Shown: positions 46,118-56,705 of the stretch, one piece after another | Layout: each line of letters starts with the position of its first letter | How positions within the stretch are numbered: the first letter of the stretch is position 1 | From: an uncultured Lachnospiraceae bacterium | Lineage (GTDB): Bacteria > Bacillota > Clostridia > Christensenellales > UBA1242 | Length of the DNA: 64,000 nt | Assembly (NCBI GenBank): GCA_964437615.1 | Contig: CAYTHL010000001.1 | Location: forward strand, 11,081 to 75,080 | Reading direction: 5' to 3' | The notes under the pieces: generated by a model | Told to the model about the DNA's origin: nothing | Databases searched by the model: none | What the model saw: only the letters and a program-made list of their open reading frames with translations | Translations under genes and position numbers: made by a program

Positions 46118-46978
46118 CTATTTTAAAGTTACAAACACGGCAACAGTGTTAGGACCACAACAGCAACCCATGGTGTAGTCTATATAGCCAATCTCCACAC
46201 GCTTGTTTTTGGTGTTGGCTTTTATAAACTCGGACATCTCTTCGGCCTCTGCAGCCTGACCAGTATGGCCAATATAAATTGTTTCTGCCGACTCTAAGTC
46301 CGCCTTTTGCAAAATTAAGCTCTGCATAGTTTTAAGCGCTTTTTTGCGTCCAATACACTTTGCAACCATTTTTAGTTTGCCCTCGGCATCGTTAGAAAGT
46401 ATTGGCGCAATTTTAAGTAGGGTGCCAACCCCCGCAACAATTTTATTCAGTCTGCCCGCGCGGCCTAAAAATTGCAAATCTAGCGGCATAAAATAGCAAA
46501 TAGTTTTACATTCATTTTTATTAAGTGCATTGTATATTTGCTGTGCAGATTTACCCTCAACTGCCATTTGTGCGGCCTTTTGAACCATTACTGCAATAGA
46601 AAAACTGCCGGTTAAGCTATCCGCCACCCACACATGCTTGCCACAGGTTTTGTTTACCTGCTCGGCGGCGCGCAGGGCGTTATTGTAGGTGCAACTAAGC
46701 CCGCTAGACAGGCCAACATAAAAAACATCATAGCCAAGATGTGCATACTTTTCAAAAATATCGGTAAAGGATTGTATATTAACGCATCCGGTTGAGCATT
46801 TTTGCACTTTTTTAAGGTTGGCGTAAAACTTTTCTGGATCTTTTTCTGGATATTCGTAGGCGTCGTAAAGCTCGCCGTCAATAACTATGCTCATGCTAAC
46901 AGCGTCTACGCCCATGCGCTCTAGTTCTGCCCTAGAAAGACTACAACAGCTGTCTGTAATAATTTTAACTTTATTCAT
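46118..46978 (-). CDS. DegV-family fatty-acid-binding protein
   Basis: MNKVKIITDSCCSL..., GLSSGLS, and a typical DegV length of 286 aa. Confidence 0.85.
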   Translation of the reverse strand: MNKVKIITDSCCSLSRAELERMGVDAVSMSIVIDGELYDAYEYPEKDPEKFYANLKKVQKCSTGCVNIQSFTDIFEKYAHLGYDVFYVGLSSGLSCTYNNALRAAEQVNKTCGKHVWVADSLTGSFSIAVMVQKAAQMAVEGKSAQQIYNALNKNECKTICYFMPLDLQFLGRAGRLNKIVAGVGTLLKIAPILSNDAEGKLKMVAKCIGRKKALKTMQSLILQKADLESAETIYIGHTGQAAEAEEMSEFIKANTKNKRVEIGYIDYTMGCCCGPNTVAVFVTLK

Positions 46979-47193
46979 AATTATTCCCCTAAAACAAATT
47001 TATTTTGAAACGCAAACTAATTTTGCAACACTACTAATATATTACTTAACAATTGTACTTACAAGCGAACGTAACAGATTTTATTCTAAATTATATATTT
47101 TAAGTTCGCTTTTTAAGCGAATTTGACTAAAAAAGCTTATATTTCGGCATTTATTGCTTGCTATTAGTTTATATTATATGCTAAAATACTACT

Positions 47194-47862
47194 ATGGAAG
47201 AAAAAGATATAGTTGCATTAAACTTAATCAGCTATCGCAAAAAGGCTGGGCTTAGCCAGCTGGAGCTTGCAAAAAAGTTACAATATAGCAATAAAAATAT
47301 CAGCAAGTGGGAAAACGGCGAAACTACCCCTAATATTTTTACTCTCAAAAAAATAGCCCAGCTTTACGGAATAACGGTTGACGATTTATTGTGCGAGCCT
47401 TCACACGAGGCCGACGAGCGCCAGGCCGCTAAACTAAAACTAACACAAAAGCGCAAAAAGATTTTTGATTATGCTATGCTTTTGCTTGCAAACGCGATTT
47501 TGTTTGCTGTTGCAAGTGTGGTTATATATGTGCTTGGTGTTGCGCAAGTGCAAAGTTTTAATAAATGGCTAATGTATTTGTATATAACGCCGCTGTGCAT
47601 GCTAAGCGCATTTATTTTTATTAGGGTGATGTACAAGCAAATAGACATAATTAGTTTGTCGCTTATGGGCTGGCTTATTTGCACCAGTGTGTATGTATCA
47701 TTTATTAATGTAGAAAGCATTGAGCTTATTTTTGTGGTGGGTGCGGCCTATCAATTTATAATAATTTGGGTAGCCGTGCTTGTAAATTTAAAATTATTTA
47801 CAAAATTTGCTAAAAGTATACGCTTGCGCAGAGCCAGCAAAAAGGGCAAAGACGTAAACTAA
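47194..47862 (+). CDS. XRE-family HTH regulator fused to a 4-TM membrane domain
   Basis: LISYRKKAGLSQLELAKKLQYSNKNISKWENGETTPNIFTLKKIAQLYG, followed by four hydrophobic helices. Confidence 0.8.
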   Translation: MEEKDIVALNLISYRKKAGLSQLELAKKLQYSNKNISKWENGETTPNIFTLKKIAQLYGITVDDLLCEPSHEADERQAAKLKLTQKRKKIFDYAMLLLANAILFAVASVVIYVLGVAQVQSFNKWLMYLYITPLCMLSAFIFIRVMYKQIDIISLSLMGWLICTSVYVSFINVESIELIFVVGAAYQFIIIWVAVLVNLKLFTKFAKSIRLRRASKKGKDVN

Positions 47863-47928
47863 ATAGCGCTACTAAGTAATTACAAGCATAATAAAGAATA
47901 TAATTGTCAAAAATCTATAATATTTTAG

Positions 47929-48738
47929 ATGAAAACTCGGCACATTATATTCTATATAATATATATAACTTTGGCAGTAGTGGGCAGTTTGCTTAGCACG
48001 CACTTGTTTTTTGAGCATATTTTTTTGCGCGATTTTTATGTTTATTATACAAATCTTAGCAACTATTTATGCTTAATTGTTGTAATTATTGCGCTTGTTT
48101 GTGCATTAAAGAGCAATGCGCGCCGGCAAAAATTGATTTTTTATATAATAAATACTGGCAAACTAAGTTCAAAAAATTTTAATTACAACAAATTAATTAA
48201 AAAATGCAAAAAATTTATGACCACAAAACGGCATAAACTAACAAAAAACAAATATTATGTGCCATATATAAACGTTATGCCCAGCTGGCTAAGCGGACTA
48301 TTTTTTGTAAGTGGGCAGCTAATTTTTACCACCTTTTTGGTGTATAACATTTTGCTTGCCGACTTTTCTTTTGCCGGATACTGGACAAATTTATACAACC
48401 TATTATTTCATGTCTTTTTGCCAATAAGTTTTATTGTTTGCGCCGTTATAAATTGCAAAACTCCAAACATATTTTTGCCGATAGTGCCAGTGGCTATTCA
48501 GTTTGCATACATTGGCTTTATCTACTTGCGTTCGCTTATTGTTGGGCAGACTATGGGTAGGATAGTTTATCCATATTTCTTTTTAAATTTTGCCGCCCTT
48601 GGAGCAAGCGGCGCGCTAAAATGGTTAATTATAATCCTTGTTGTAGGATTAATAACCAGTTACCTATTGTGGCTAATAATTTTTGTAAAAAAATTAGTTC
48701 AAAGCAAATGCAGCGCAAAAAAATTTGCTAGCAAATAA
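47929..48738 (+). CDS. polytopic membrane protein, possibly Pr6Pr/AIG1-like, with a Lys-rich cytoplasmic insertion
   Basis: Six or more TM segments. YYTNLSNYL resembles the YFT-x-SN motif of that family. Family assignment is tentative. Confidence 0.45.
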   Translation: MKTRHIIFYIIYITLAVVGSLLSTHLFFEHIFLRDFYVYYTNLSNYLCLIVVIIALVCALKSNARRQKLIFYIINTGKLSSKNFNYNKLIKKCKKFMTTKRHKLTKNKYYVPYINVMPSWLSGLFFVSGQLIFTTFLVYNILLADFSFAGYWTNLYNLLFHVFLPISFIVCAVINCKTPNIFLPIVPVAIQFAYIGFIYLRSLIVGQTMGRIVYPYFFLNFAALGASGALKWLIIILVVGLITSYLLWLIIFVKKLVQSKCSAKKFASK

Positions 48739-48977
48739 AGTTTTTTTAAAAAATTTTAATTATTTTTTTATAACCAATTTTGGCAAAAAACTGCATTTTT
48801 AAGTGTTGAAAACTTTTTGATAGCTAATTTTGAGTAATTTGTCAAGATACATTTTTGTTAGATTTTGCAAAACAAAACTAAAAATTGGGTCTATTTTTTG
48901 TCTTGACATTAAGCATAACAAATTGCAAAAATCAAGCGTTTTTTATAACTTTTTAAAAATTAATAAAAATAACAAAA

Positions 48978-49031
48978 AATCAAAATATTGTGTTAAAATG
49001 GTTGACACAACCACAATATATTGTGTATTAT
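48978..49031 (+). promoter_or_regulatory. nrdD promoter with two tandem NrdR boxes
   Basis: Box 2 CCACAATATATTGTGT (49011-49026; inner 14 bp a perfect palindrome; 15/16 to consensus acaCwAtATaTwGtgt) lies between TTGACA (49002-49007) and TATTAT (49026-49031). Box 1 AATCAAAATATTGTGT (48978-48993; ~13/16) is centred 33 bp upstream. Confidence 0.75.
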
Positions 49032-49080
49032 GGCCGTGTTGAAAAAATTTATCAACTAATTATAAGCGGGGGGAAATACA

Positions 49081-51258
49081 ATGAAAACTATAAAAAAACG
49101 CGATGGTTCTTCGGTAGAGTTTGACAAAACCAGAATCTCAAACGCCATTAGGCGTGCAAACAACAGTGTATGTGAGGCAGACAGGGCAACGGAGGACCAA
49201 ATTTGTTATATAACAGACAATGTAGTAGACATTTGCGAAAGGCTAAACAGACCTATTAGCGTAGAAGATGTGCAAGATTTTGTAGAAGAGCAGCTTATGA
49301 AACATGCATCTTCTAATTTGGCGCGCAACTATATAACCTACCGCTACGAGCGTGCGCTTGCGCGTAAGTCTAACACCACTGACGGCCCTATCATGACCCT
49401 TATCGAGTGCGAAAATGAAGATGTCAAGGAAGAAAATAGCAACAAAAACCCAACTGTAAACAGCGTTCAGCGGGATTACATGGCTGGCGAGGTATCTAAG
49501 GATTTATCACGCAGATTTTTGCTGCCAGACGACATTGTTCGCGCGCACGACGAAGGCATAATTCATTTTCACGACATGGATTACTATGCTCAGCACATGC
49601 ACAACTGCGACCTTGTTAATCTAGAAGATATGTTGCAAAACGGCACAGTAATTAGCGGCACCATGATAGAAAAGCCACACAGATTTTTGACGGCGTGCAA
49701 CATTGCAACCCAAATTATTGCCCAAGTTGCAAGCGCCCAGTATGGCGGGCAAAGTATAACGCTTACCCACCTTGCTCCGTTTGTAAACGACAGCCGCAAA
49801 AAAATAAGAAAAATTATTGAAGAAGAGTTTGCTTTTGCTGGCGTTAAACCAACCGAAGAGCAAGTTTCTGTCTTAACCGAAAAAACTTTGCGTCAAGAGA
49901 TTGCAAGCGGGGTACAAACCATTCAGTATCAGGTTGTAACACTTATGACCACCAATGGTCAGGCTCCATTTATAACCGTGTTTATGTATCTTGGCGAGGC
50001 TAAAAACGAGCAAGAGAAGAAAGACCTTGCCCTAATTATAGAAGAAATGCTAAAGCAGCGTTACGAGGGCGTTAAAAACGAGAAAGGTGTGTGGATAACC
50101 CCTGCCTTCCCTAAGCTTATCTATGTGCTAGAGGAGCAGAATATCCACGAGGACAGCCCTTACTACTATCTAACCAAGCTTGCTGCTAAATGTAGCGCAA
50201 AACGCCTTGTTCCAGACTACATTAGCGAAAAGAAGATGCTAGAGTTTAAGGTGGACAAAAATGGCGAGGGGCATTGCTATCCTTGCATGGGTTGCCGCAG
50301 CTTTCTAACACCTTATGTGGACGAAAATGGCAAGCCTAAATATTACGGCCGCTTTAATCAAGGCGTGGTAACCATAAATTTGCCAGACGTTGCGCTTTCT
50401 AGCGGCGGCGACATGGAAAAATTTTGGAAAATTTTTGATGAGCGCCTAAACCTGTGCTATCGCGCGCTAATGTGCAGACACAATAGGCTGCTTGGAACCC
50501 CAAGTGACGTTGCACCAATACTTTGGCAAAACGGTGCGCTTGCAAGGCTAGAAAAGGGCGAAAAAATAGACAAATTATTGTTTGGCGGGTATTCGACAAT
50601 ATCTCTAGGCTATGCCGGCTTGTACGAATGCGTTAAATATCTAACAGGCTATTCACATACAGATGAGCATGCAAAGGGCTTGGCACTAGAAATTATGCAA
50701 CACATGAACGACAAGTGCAAAGAATGGAAAGCCAAAGAAAATATAGACTTCTCCATTTACGGCACTCCGCTAGAAAGCACTACCTACAAGTTTGCTAAGG
50801 CACTTCAACGCAGATTTGGCATTATCCCTGGCATAACTAGTAAAAATTACATAACAAATAGCTATCACGTTCACGTAACCGAGCAAATTGACGCCTTTAC
50901 CAAGCTTAAATTTGAGAGCGACTTCCAAGTTCTAAGCCCAGGCGGTGCCATTAGTTATGTAGAAGTTCCGGACATGAAGGGCAACCTAGATGCCGTTATG
51001 AGCCTACTTAAATATATTTATGATAACATTATTTACGCCGAACTTAACACCAAGAGCGACTATTGTCAGGTCTGTGGCTATGACGGCGAAATTATGATTG
51101 TCGAAGACGGCGGCAAACTTGTTTGGGAATGCCCACACTGCAAAAACCGTGACCAAAGCAAACTTAATGTTGCTAGGCGTACTTGCGGATATATTGGTTC
51201 TCAGTTCTGGAATCAGGGGAGGACGCAGGAGATACGCGACCGCGTCTTGCATTTATAA
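49081..51258 (+). CDS. nrdD: anaerobic ribonucleoside-triphosphate reductase (class III)
   Basis: N-terminal ATP-cone (IKKRDGSSVEFDKTRISNAI), C-terminal Zn-ribbon cysteines (CQVCGY...CPHC) and glycyl-radical motif RRTCGYIG. Confidence 0.95.
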   Translation: MKTIKKRDGSSVEFDKTRISNAIRRANNSVCEADRATEDQICYITDNVVDICERLNRPISVEDVQDFVEEQLMKHASSNLARNYITYRYERALARKSNTTDGPIMTLIECENEDVKEENSNKNPTVNSVQRDYMAGEVSKDLSRRFLLPDDIVRAHDEGIIHFHDMDYYAQHMHNCDLVNLEDMLQNGTVISGTMIEKPHRFLTACNIATQIIAQVASAQYGGQSITLTHLAPFVNDSRKKIRKIIEEEFAFAGVKPTEEQVSVLTEKTLRQEIASGVQTIQYQVVTLMTTNGQAPFITVFMYLGEAKNEQEKKDLALIIEEMLKQRYEGVKNEKGVWITPAFPKLIYVLEEQNIHEDSPYYYLTKLAAKCSAKRLVPDYISEKKMLEFKVDKNGEGHCYPCMGCRSFLTPYVDENGKPKYYGRFNQGVVTINLPDVALSSGGDMEKFWKIFDERLNLCYRALMCRHNRLLGTPSDVAPILWQNGALARLEKGEKIDKLLFGGYSTISLGYAGLYECVKYLTGYSHTDEHAKGLALEIMQHMNDKCKEWKAKENIDFSIYGTPLESTTYKFAKALQRRFGIIPGITSKNYITNSYHVHVTEQIDAFTKLKFESDFQVLSPGGAISYVEVPDMKGNLDAVMSLLKYIYDNIIYAELNTKSDYCQVCGYDGEIMIVEDGGKLVWECPHCKNRDQSKLNVARRTCGYIGSQFWNQGRTQEIRDRVLHL

Positions 51259-51286
51259 CTTTGCACATCTTTTTGTAAATTACGGC

Positions 51287-51320
51287 GGCGGGGAATGAAA
51301 AATCTCCGCCCTTTTGTTTT
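51287..51320 (+). terminator. terminator-like hairpin directly after nrdD
   Basis: GGCGGGGA..TCTCCGCC (8 bp, one G-U pair) followed by CTTTTGTTTT. Confidence 0.55.
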
Positions 51321-51463
51321 AAGTCGGTTATAACATATTTGTCATCCAAAGCACGGTGCAAACGATAGTGTTTTATATAAAAGACCTAGGTGCGGCAGCA
51401 GACATAAATTAAAAATCATCACTTGTTTTGCGCTTAACATGTTCAAATTTTCTATTTAAAACA

Positions 51464-51492
51464 TTTACAAAGGGGCGGGAGTGTGATATAAT
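51464..51492 (+). promoter_or_regulatory. separate sigma-A promoter for nrdG
   Basis: TTTACA (51464-51469), 17 nt, TATAAT (51487-51492). Confidence 0.55.
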
Positions 51493-51522
51493 TAAGGTGT
51501 TTAAGGGGCAAAGGAGAAAATT

Positions 51523-52047
51523 ATGAATTACGCAAGCATAAAACCAGTAGACATTGCAAACGGCGAGGGTGTTAGGGTATCGCTGTTTGTTAGCGGGTGC
51601 AGACACCACTGCAAAAACTGTTTCAATGCCGAGGCATGGGACTTTGGGTACGGGCTGCCTTTTACCGATGAGGTGGTTGAGCAGTTAATGGCATATCTTG
51701 CGCCAGACTACATTAGCGGGTTAACATTACTTGGCGGCGAGCCGTTTGAGCCAGAAAATCAAAAGCCGCTGTTAGATTTTGTAAAGTCGGTAAAACAAAG
51801 GTTTCCGGATAAAAACATTTGGTGCTACACTGGCTTTGACCTAGAAAAAGAGCTGCTTTCGCCAAGCCGCGCCACAACGGAGTACACAAAACCGCTGCTA
51901 GAATGCATAGATGTTTTGGTTGACGGGCGTTTTGTAGAAGAACTAAAGGATATCACTTTGCGCTTTAAAGGCTCAAGCAATCAGCGCATAATAAACCTAC
52001 CCGCCACCCTTAAATTGGGCAAAATAGTATTGCACGAGCTTAGCTAA
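51523..52047 (+). CDS. nrdG: anaerobic ribonucleotide reductase activating protein (radical SAM)
   Basis: VDIANGEGVRVSLFVSGCRHHCKNCFN (CxxxCxxC) and GLTLLGGEPF. Confidence 0.93.
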   Translation: MNYASIKPVDIANGEGVRVSLFVSGCRHHCKNCFNAEAWDFGYGLPFTDEVVEQLMAYLAPDYISGLTLLGGEPFEPENQKPLLDFVKSVKQRFPDKNIWCYTGFDLEKELLSPSRATTEYTKPLLECIDVLVDGRFVEELKDITLRFKGSSNQRIINLPATLKLGKIVLHELS

Positions 52048-52100
52048 AAAGCAATTCAATCGCCGGGCTTATTGCCGCAGTTAAAATGTTATAAAAAATA

Positions 52101-52130
52101 AAAGCGCTACCAATTTTAGGTAGTGCTTTT
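52101..52130. terminator. bidirectional terminator between nrdG and the nucleoside phosphorylase gene
   Basis: AAAAGCGCTACC..GGTAGTGCTTTT flanked by an A-run and a T-run. Confidence 0.65.
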
Positions 52131-52207
52131 GCTTGCAAATTTGCAAAATTTTTATTGTTGATATACATTTCTAAACAAAAATTTTACTTGAAAATCAAAT
52201 AATTTGC

Positions 52208-53002
52208 CTAAATAGATAATAATGCTTCTATGGCATAGGTAACAAGTTCTTCTCGCAGTTGAAATTTGTCGTAGATGCGGGTTTGCCACTCTGTGCCACT
52301 GTTGTAGTCCGAATAGTAAAGAATGCAACTATAATCTAGCCGCTTGGCTTTGGCAATGGCGGCTAGGCTTGCTGTTTCCATTTCTGCACCAAGGCACCCC
52401 TCGGCAACTCTAGCGGATATTCTTTGCGGTGTTTCACGATAAATTGCGTCGGTTGTCCAAACCAGACCTTCAAAATGCGCCTCTTTATGTTTGTCTAAGG
52501 TTTTGCAAATTGCCTCGTTTAGGGTAGGGCTGGTTACAACATATCTACTAGGGGTTAAGTAGTGATAACTCACCCCTTCGTCACGCAGCGCGTGGGTAGG
52601 TACAAAATATTGGTCGAGGTCTATGTCCACATTGGCAATTGCGCCGCAAGAGCCAACCCCAATAAAATGCTTTATGCCAACGTAAACAAGTTCTTCCATA
52701 AGGTTGGCGGCCGCTGGCCCGCCTAGCGGACTTAGTGCAATTAAAATTTTGTTGTCGTACAAATACACCGGAGAAATACTGCTTGCTGCCTTAAACTCGT
52801 ATATAAGTTCACATTTGGCGTAAATGTTTTCTATTTTAGTAAAATCTCTAGGAAAAAATATGACGCATTTATCTATGCCCATGCCTTGCACCTTTTCAAA
52901 GCGCCAAAATTCTTTTTTTCCGTTGCTAAAAAACATCTCCAAGCTTTCGCTGTCGTCGTCAAATTGTTCTAATATTGGGCAATCTTTGGTTTCTACTTTC
53001 AT
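52208..53002 (-). CDS. nucleoside phosphorylase (PNP/UDP family 1)
   Basis: GVGSCGA, RDEGVSYHY, GAEMETASL, typical of uridine or purine nucleoside phosphorylases. Substrate not assignable. Confidence 0.75.
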   Translation of the reverse strand: MKVETKDCPILEQFDDDSESLEMFFSNGKKEFWRFEKVQGMGIDKCVIFFPRDFTKIENIYAKCELIYEFKAASSISPVYLYDNKILIALSPLGGPAAANLMEELVYVGIKHFIGVGSCGAIANVDIDLDQYFVPTHALRDEGVSYHYLTPSRYVVTSPTLNEAICKTLDKHKEAHFEGLVWTTDAIYRETPQRISARVAEGCLGAEMETASLAAIAKAKRLDYSCILYYSDYNSGTEWQTRIYDKFQLREELVTYAIEALLSI

Positions 53003-53075
53003 AATGTGCTAGTCCTTCTAAAAAATAGTTTATTTGTAAATTTTTTGCAAAATGCAGCAAAAACAAACAATTTAC

Positions 53076-56000
53076 TTAATTTTTGTTTGCTAGCTTAAAT
53101 AATTTTTCTAGCCGCTTATGAGCAAACGATGCACTGTTATTTTGCAGTAGCTGGGCAGCTTTGTTTCCGCCCCTAACTAGCACAAAATATCTCGACTGAG
53201 TTTGCGTAAAATCTGTAAATTGTTTGGTTGCAGCCGGTTGGTCCATAGTTAAAGTGTCGGTTGCAGGGTTGTATCTGTAAATTGGCCAATATCCGCTCTC
53301 GACGGCAAGTTTTTGTTGCATAGGGGTGGTACTCATATCGGTGCCGTGATTTATGCAAGGGCAGTAGGCTATAATTATGCTAGGCCCGTTGTGCGCCTCG
53401 GCCTCTTTAAAGGCGTTGATTGTGGCTTGCATGTTTGCCCCAAGCGCCACCTGTGCTACATAGACATTAGGATAAACTCTGGCGAGCGCCCCCAAATCCT
53501 TTTTGTGCGTCTTTTTACCTGCCGTAGCAAATTTTGCACTTGCACCCATAGGGGTAGATTTACTTGCTTGCCCGCCGGTGTTGCTGTAAACTTCGGTGTC
53601 TAACACCAAAATATTCACATTTTCGCCACTGGCAAGCACGTGGTCTAGCCCGCCATAACCAATGTCGTAAGCCCAGCCATCGCCGCCGATTATCCACACG
53701 CTGGTATCGGCAAGCCCGCCCTTTAAATTAACTATGCTGCTAGCAATGCCGCTAGATAAAATATCCTTAGGGTTAGCACTATTAGCAGCCTTTTTGCTAA
53801 CCAAAGATACAATTTTGCCACATGTTGCGGCAGAGTGGTCGCCATTGACCCACGCCGACAAAAGTTTGGTTGTGGCTGCGTCAAACACCTTGTCTGCAAT
53901 GGCAAGATTTATTATGTCAGTTACAAGTTTCCGATTGCTTTCGTGAGCTTTTTTCATACCAAGCCCAAATTCGGCGTTGTCTTCAAAAAGACTGTTTGCC
54001 CAAGCCGGGCCGCAGCCGTCTTGATTTTTTGCGTATGAGCAAGTTGGGGCAGTGCCGCTATAAATACTGCTGCACCCAGTGGCGTTTGCAATTAGCAATT
54101 TTTCGCCAAATAGTTGGGTTAACAGTTTTATATAAGGAGTTTCTCCGCAGCCGGCGCAGGCGCCGCTAAACTCAAATAGCGGCTTATTAAACTGGCTGCC
54201 TTTTATGCTAAACCTGTCAAATACGGTGGCAACATTTGTGTGGTTTTTAAGCAGATTATAGAACTTTTGCTCAGTGCTTTCTATTTTTTGCTTTTCAACC
54301 ATAACAAGTGCCTTATTTTTTGCCGGACAAACAAGGGCGCAGTTGCCGCAGCCAGTGCAGTCCTTTGGCGAAATCTGCACCTTAAAGTTGTAGTTTGGCA
54401 CGCCAATAGCTGGTTTGCATGGAACTTTGCCGCAAACTGGGTCTGTGCTATTAATTAAATATGGTCTAATAACGGCGTGCGGGCAAACAAGCGAGCAGAA
54501 ATTGCACTCAATACAGTTTTCGGAAATCCACTGTGGCAGATTGCTTGCAACATCCCGCTTTTCTAGGCTGGCCGTGCCGGTAGGAATAGTGCCGCTTGCG
54601 TTAAACGCCGATGTAGGCAGCCCGTCACCCTTGTGGGCAAGGATAGGTTTTAGATAGTTTTCGTAATATTGGTCATTGGTTGGCTTAGGCTGGCTGTCTT
54701 GCGCGTCTTTCCAACTTTGTGGATAGTCTATTTTTATAAGGCTAGCAAGCGACATATCCACGGCGGCGAAGTTTTGCCTTAGCACCTCTTCGCCTTTGCT
54801 TGCGTAAGATTTTTGCGCCATAGCCTTAATGTATTCTATGCTTTTTTCTAGCGGTAAAAACTTGCCAAGCGCAAAGAATGCCGTTTGCATAACTAAATTT
54901 ATGCGTCGGTTTAAGCCAACTTGCAAGGCAATATGTTCGGCGTCGATGCAATAGAACGCCAGCTTTTTGCTAGCAATTATGCGGCGGACATCGGCTGGCA
55001 GATTTTTATCTAGTTCGGCTACCGTCTTCCATGGTGCGTTTAGCAAAAATGTGCCGCCCGTTTTAATGCCGCTAAGCATATCGTATCTGCCCAAAAAGTG
55101 GCGGTTGTGGCATGCAACAAAGTCTGGCTCGTCTATTAAATATGGCATATTGATAGGTTTTTTGCTCATGCGCAGGTGACTGATAGTTAAGCTGCCAGAT
55201 TTTTTGCTGTCGTAAACAAAATAGGCTTGACCGTACATGCCCGCCTCGCTTGAAATAATCTTTATGCTATTTTTGTTGGCGCTAACCGTGCCGTCAGAGC
55301 CGTATCCGTAAAACACGCAGTCCAAAGCCTCGTCCTGCACAGGCAGTTTTTGCTTGGCTTTTGGCAGACTGCTTTTGCTAAGGTCGTCAGTTATGCCCAC
55401 GGTAAAATGATTTTTAGGGCATCTGCTTGCGGCGTTTTCTAATACACTTACCACCATTTGCGGGGTAAACTCCTTGCTGCTAAGGCCGTACCTTCCGCCC
55501 AAAACTTTTATATTTTTGCCTGTTTCGGCAAGGGCACTAATAACATCTTGAGCCAGTGGTTCATAAACTGCACCGCACTCCTTAGTTCTGTCTAAAACGC
55601 TAATAACTTGCGCCGTAGAAGGAATGCATTTTGCAAACCTTTGGCTGTCAAAAGGCCTATATAACCTAACCTTTATAACGCCAACTTTTGCGCCGGCGGC
55701 GGCCAGTTTTAACGCAGCAGAAATGGCAGTATCTGCCCCCGAACCCATGCAAACTATTACATTTGTGGCGTCTTTTGCGCCGTAGTACTCAAATGGCGCG
55801 TACTTTCTGCCCGTCGCCTTGCTTATAGCGCCAAAAATTTGCTCATATGCGGCAGCAACGCCGTTATACAAAGGCTGACTTGCCTCACGGTTTTGAAAAT
55901 ATATGCTTTGGTCTTGACTAGTGCCACGCATGCTTGGCGCTAGCGGGGTAAGACCAACGGGGCGACTTTGCAAAACTGAAAAACTATTTGCAATATTGCG

Positions 56001-56570
56001 CACAACGTCGTCAGATATAGGCTCTATTGTGTTGATTTCATGACTCGTTCTAAACCCGTCAAAAAAGTGGAGCATAGGCAGCTTGCAAACTTGAGTGGCA
56101 ATGTGGCTAGCTAGAGCCATGTCTTGCGCCTCTTGCACACTGCTGCTGGCTAACATGCCAAAGCCAGTTGGACGGCAGGCATAAATGTCGCTGTGGTCGC
56201 CAAAAATGCTAAGTGCATGCGTAGCGACAGTTCTTGCTGCTACATGAATAACGCACGGCAAGCCTTCGCCAGCAATTTTATACATGTTTGGTAACATCAA
56301 AAGCAGCCCCTGACTACTTGTAAATGTGGTTGCATTTGCTCCCGCCGTAAGCGCACCATGAAGGGCGCCACTTGCGCCGCCTTCGCTCTGCATCTCGGTT
56401 ACGGACACCGTGTTGCCCCATAAATTCTTCTTGCCCGCAGCAGCCCAAGCGTCTATATTTTCTGCCATAGGGCTACTTGGGGTAATTGGATAAATAAAGG
56501 CATGGTCGGCAAACAAATATGCCATGCTGGCACAAGCTGTGTTGCCGTCTATAGTAATTCTGTTGTTCAT
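53076..56570 (-). CDS. nifJ: pyruvate:ferredoxin (flavodoxin) oxidoreductase, single-polypeptide type
   Basis: 1164 aa. Two 4Fe-4S ferredoxin motifs (CIECNFCSLVCPHA and CTGCGNCALVCP). TPP-binding GGDGWAYDIGYGGLDH. Confidence 0.95.
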   Translation of the reverse strand: MNNRITIDGNTACASMAYLFADHAFIYPITPSSPMAENIDAWAAAGKKNLWGNTVSVTEMQSEGGASGALHGALTAGANATTFTSSQGLLLMLPNMYKIAGEGLPCVIHVAARTVATHALSIFGDHSDIYACRPTGFGMLASSSVQEAQDMALASHIATQVCKLPMLHFFDGFRTSHEINTIEPISDDVVRNIANSFSVLQSRPVGLTPLAPSMRGTSQDQSIYFQNREASQPLYNGVAAAYEQIFGAISKATGRKYAPFEYYGAKDATNVIVCMGSGADTAISAALKLAAAGAKVGVIKVRLYRPFDSQRFAKCIPSTAQVISVLDRTKECGAVYEPLAQDVISALAETGKNIKVLGGRYGLSSKEFTPQMVVSVLENAASRCPKNHFTVGITDDLSKSSLPKAKQKLPVQDEALDCVFYGYGSDGTVSANKNSIKIISSEAGMYGQAYFVYDSKKSGSLTISHLRMSKKPINMPYLIDEPDFVACHNRHFLGRYDMLSGIKTGGTFLLNAPWKTVAELDKNLPADVRRIIASKKLAFYCIDAEHIALQVGLNRRINLVMQTAFFALGKFLPLEKSIEYIKAMAQKSYASKGEEVLRQNFAAVDMSLASLIKIDYPQSWKDAQDSQPKPTNDQYYENYLKPILAHKGDGLPTSAFNASGTIPTGTASLEKRDVASNLPQWISENCIECNFCSLVCPHAVIRPYLINSTDPVCGKVPCKPAIGVPNYNFKVQISPKDCTGCGNCALVCPAKNKALVMVEKQKIESTEQKFYNLLKNHTNVATVFDRFSIKGSQFNKPLFEFSGACAGCGETPYIKLLTQLFGEKLLIANATGCSSIYSGTAPTCSYAKNQDGCGPAWANSLFEDNAEFGLGMKKAHESNRKLVTDIINLAIADKVFDAATTKLLSAWVNGDHSAATCGKIVSLVSKKAANSANPKDILSSGIASSIVNLKGGLADTSVWIIGGDGWAYDIGYGGLDHVLASGENVNILVLDTEVYSNTGGQASKSTPMGASAKFATAGKKTHKKDLGALARVYPNVYVAQVALGANMQATINAFKEAEAHNGPSIIIAYCPCINHGTDMSTTPMQQKLAVESGYWPIYRYNPATDTLTMDQPAATKQFTDFTQTQSRYFVLVRGGNKAAQLLQNNSASFAHKRLEKLFKLANKN

Positions 56571-56705
56571 AAAATCTCCAAAAATTTATGCAGTTTTAGT
56601 TTGATTATTAGCATAATAATCTAATTATAAGATTTTAATTAAAACTAGTCAAACAAATGTAAAAATAATATTGAAATTTAATAACTTTCATGATATAATA
56701 GCGCC

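Noticed and set aside
47105-47121. Palindrome TTCGCTT-TTT-AAGCGAA upstream of the XRE-TM regulator gene.
   Set aside because: It has only 7-bp arms and occurs once. It is ~70 nt from the start with no clearly overlapping promoter hexamers, which is too weak to call an operator.
48830-49042. 70-aa ORF upstream of nrdD.
   Set aside because: It overlaps the NrdR boxes and the nrdD promoter, has no RBS, and is AT-rich Lys/Asn/Phe filler typical of translated intergenic DNA.
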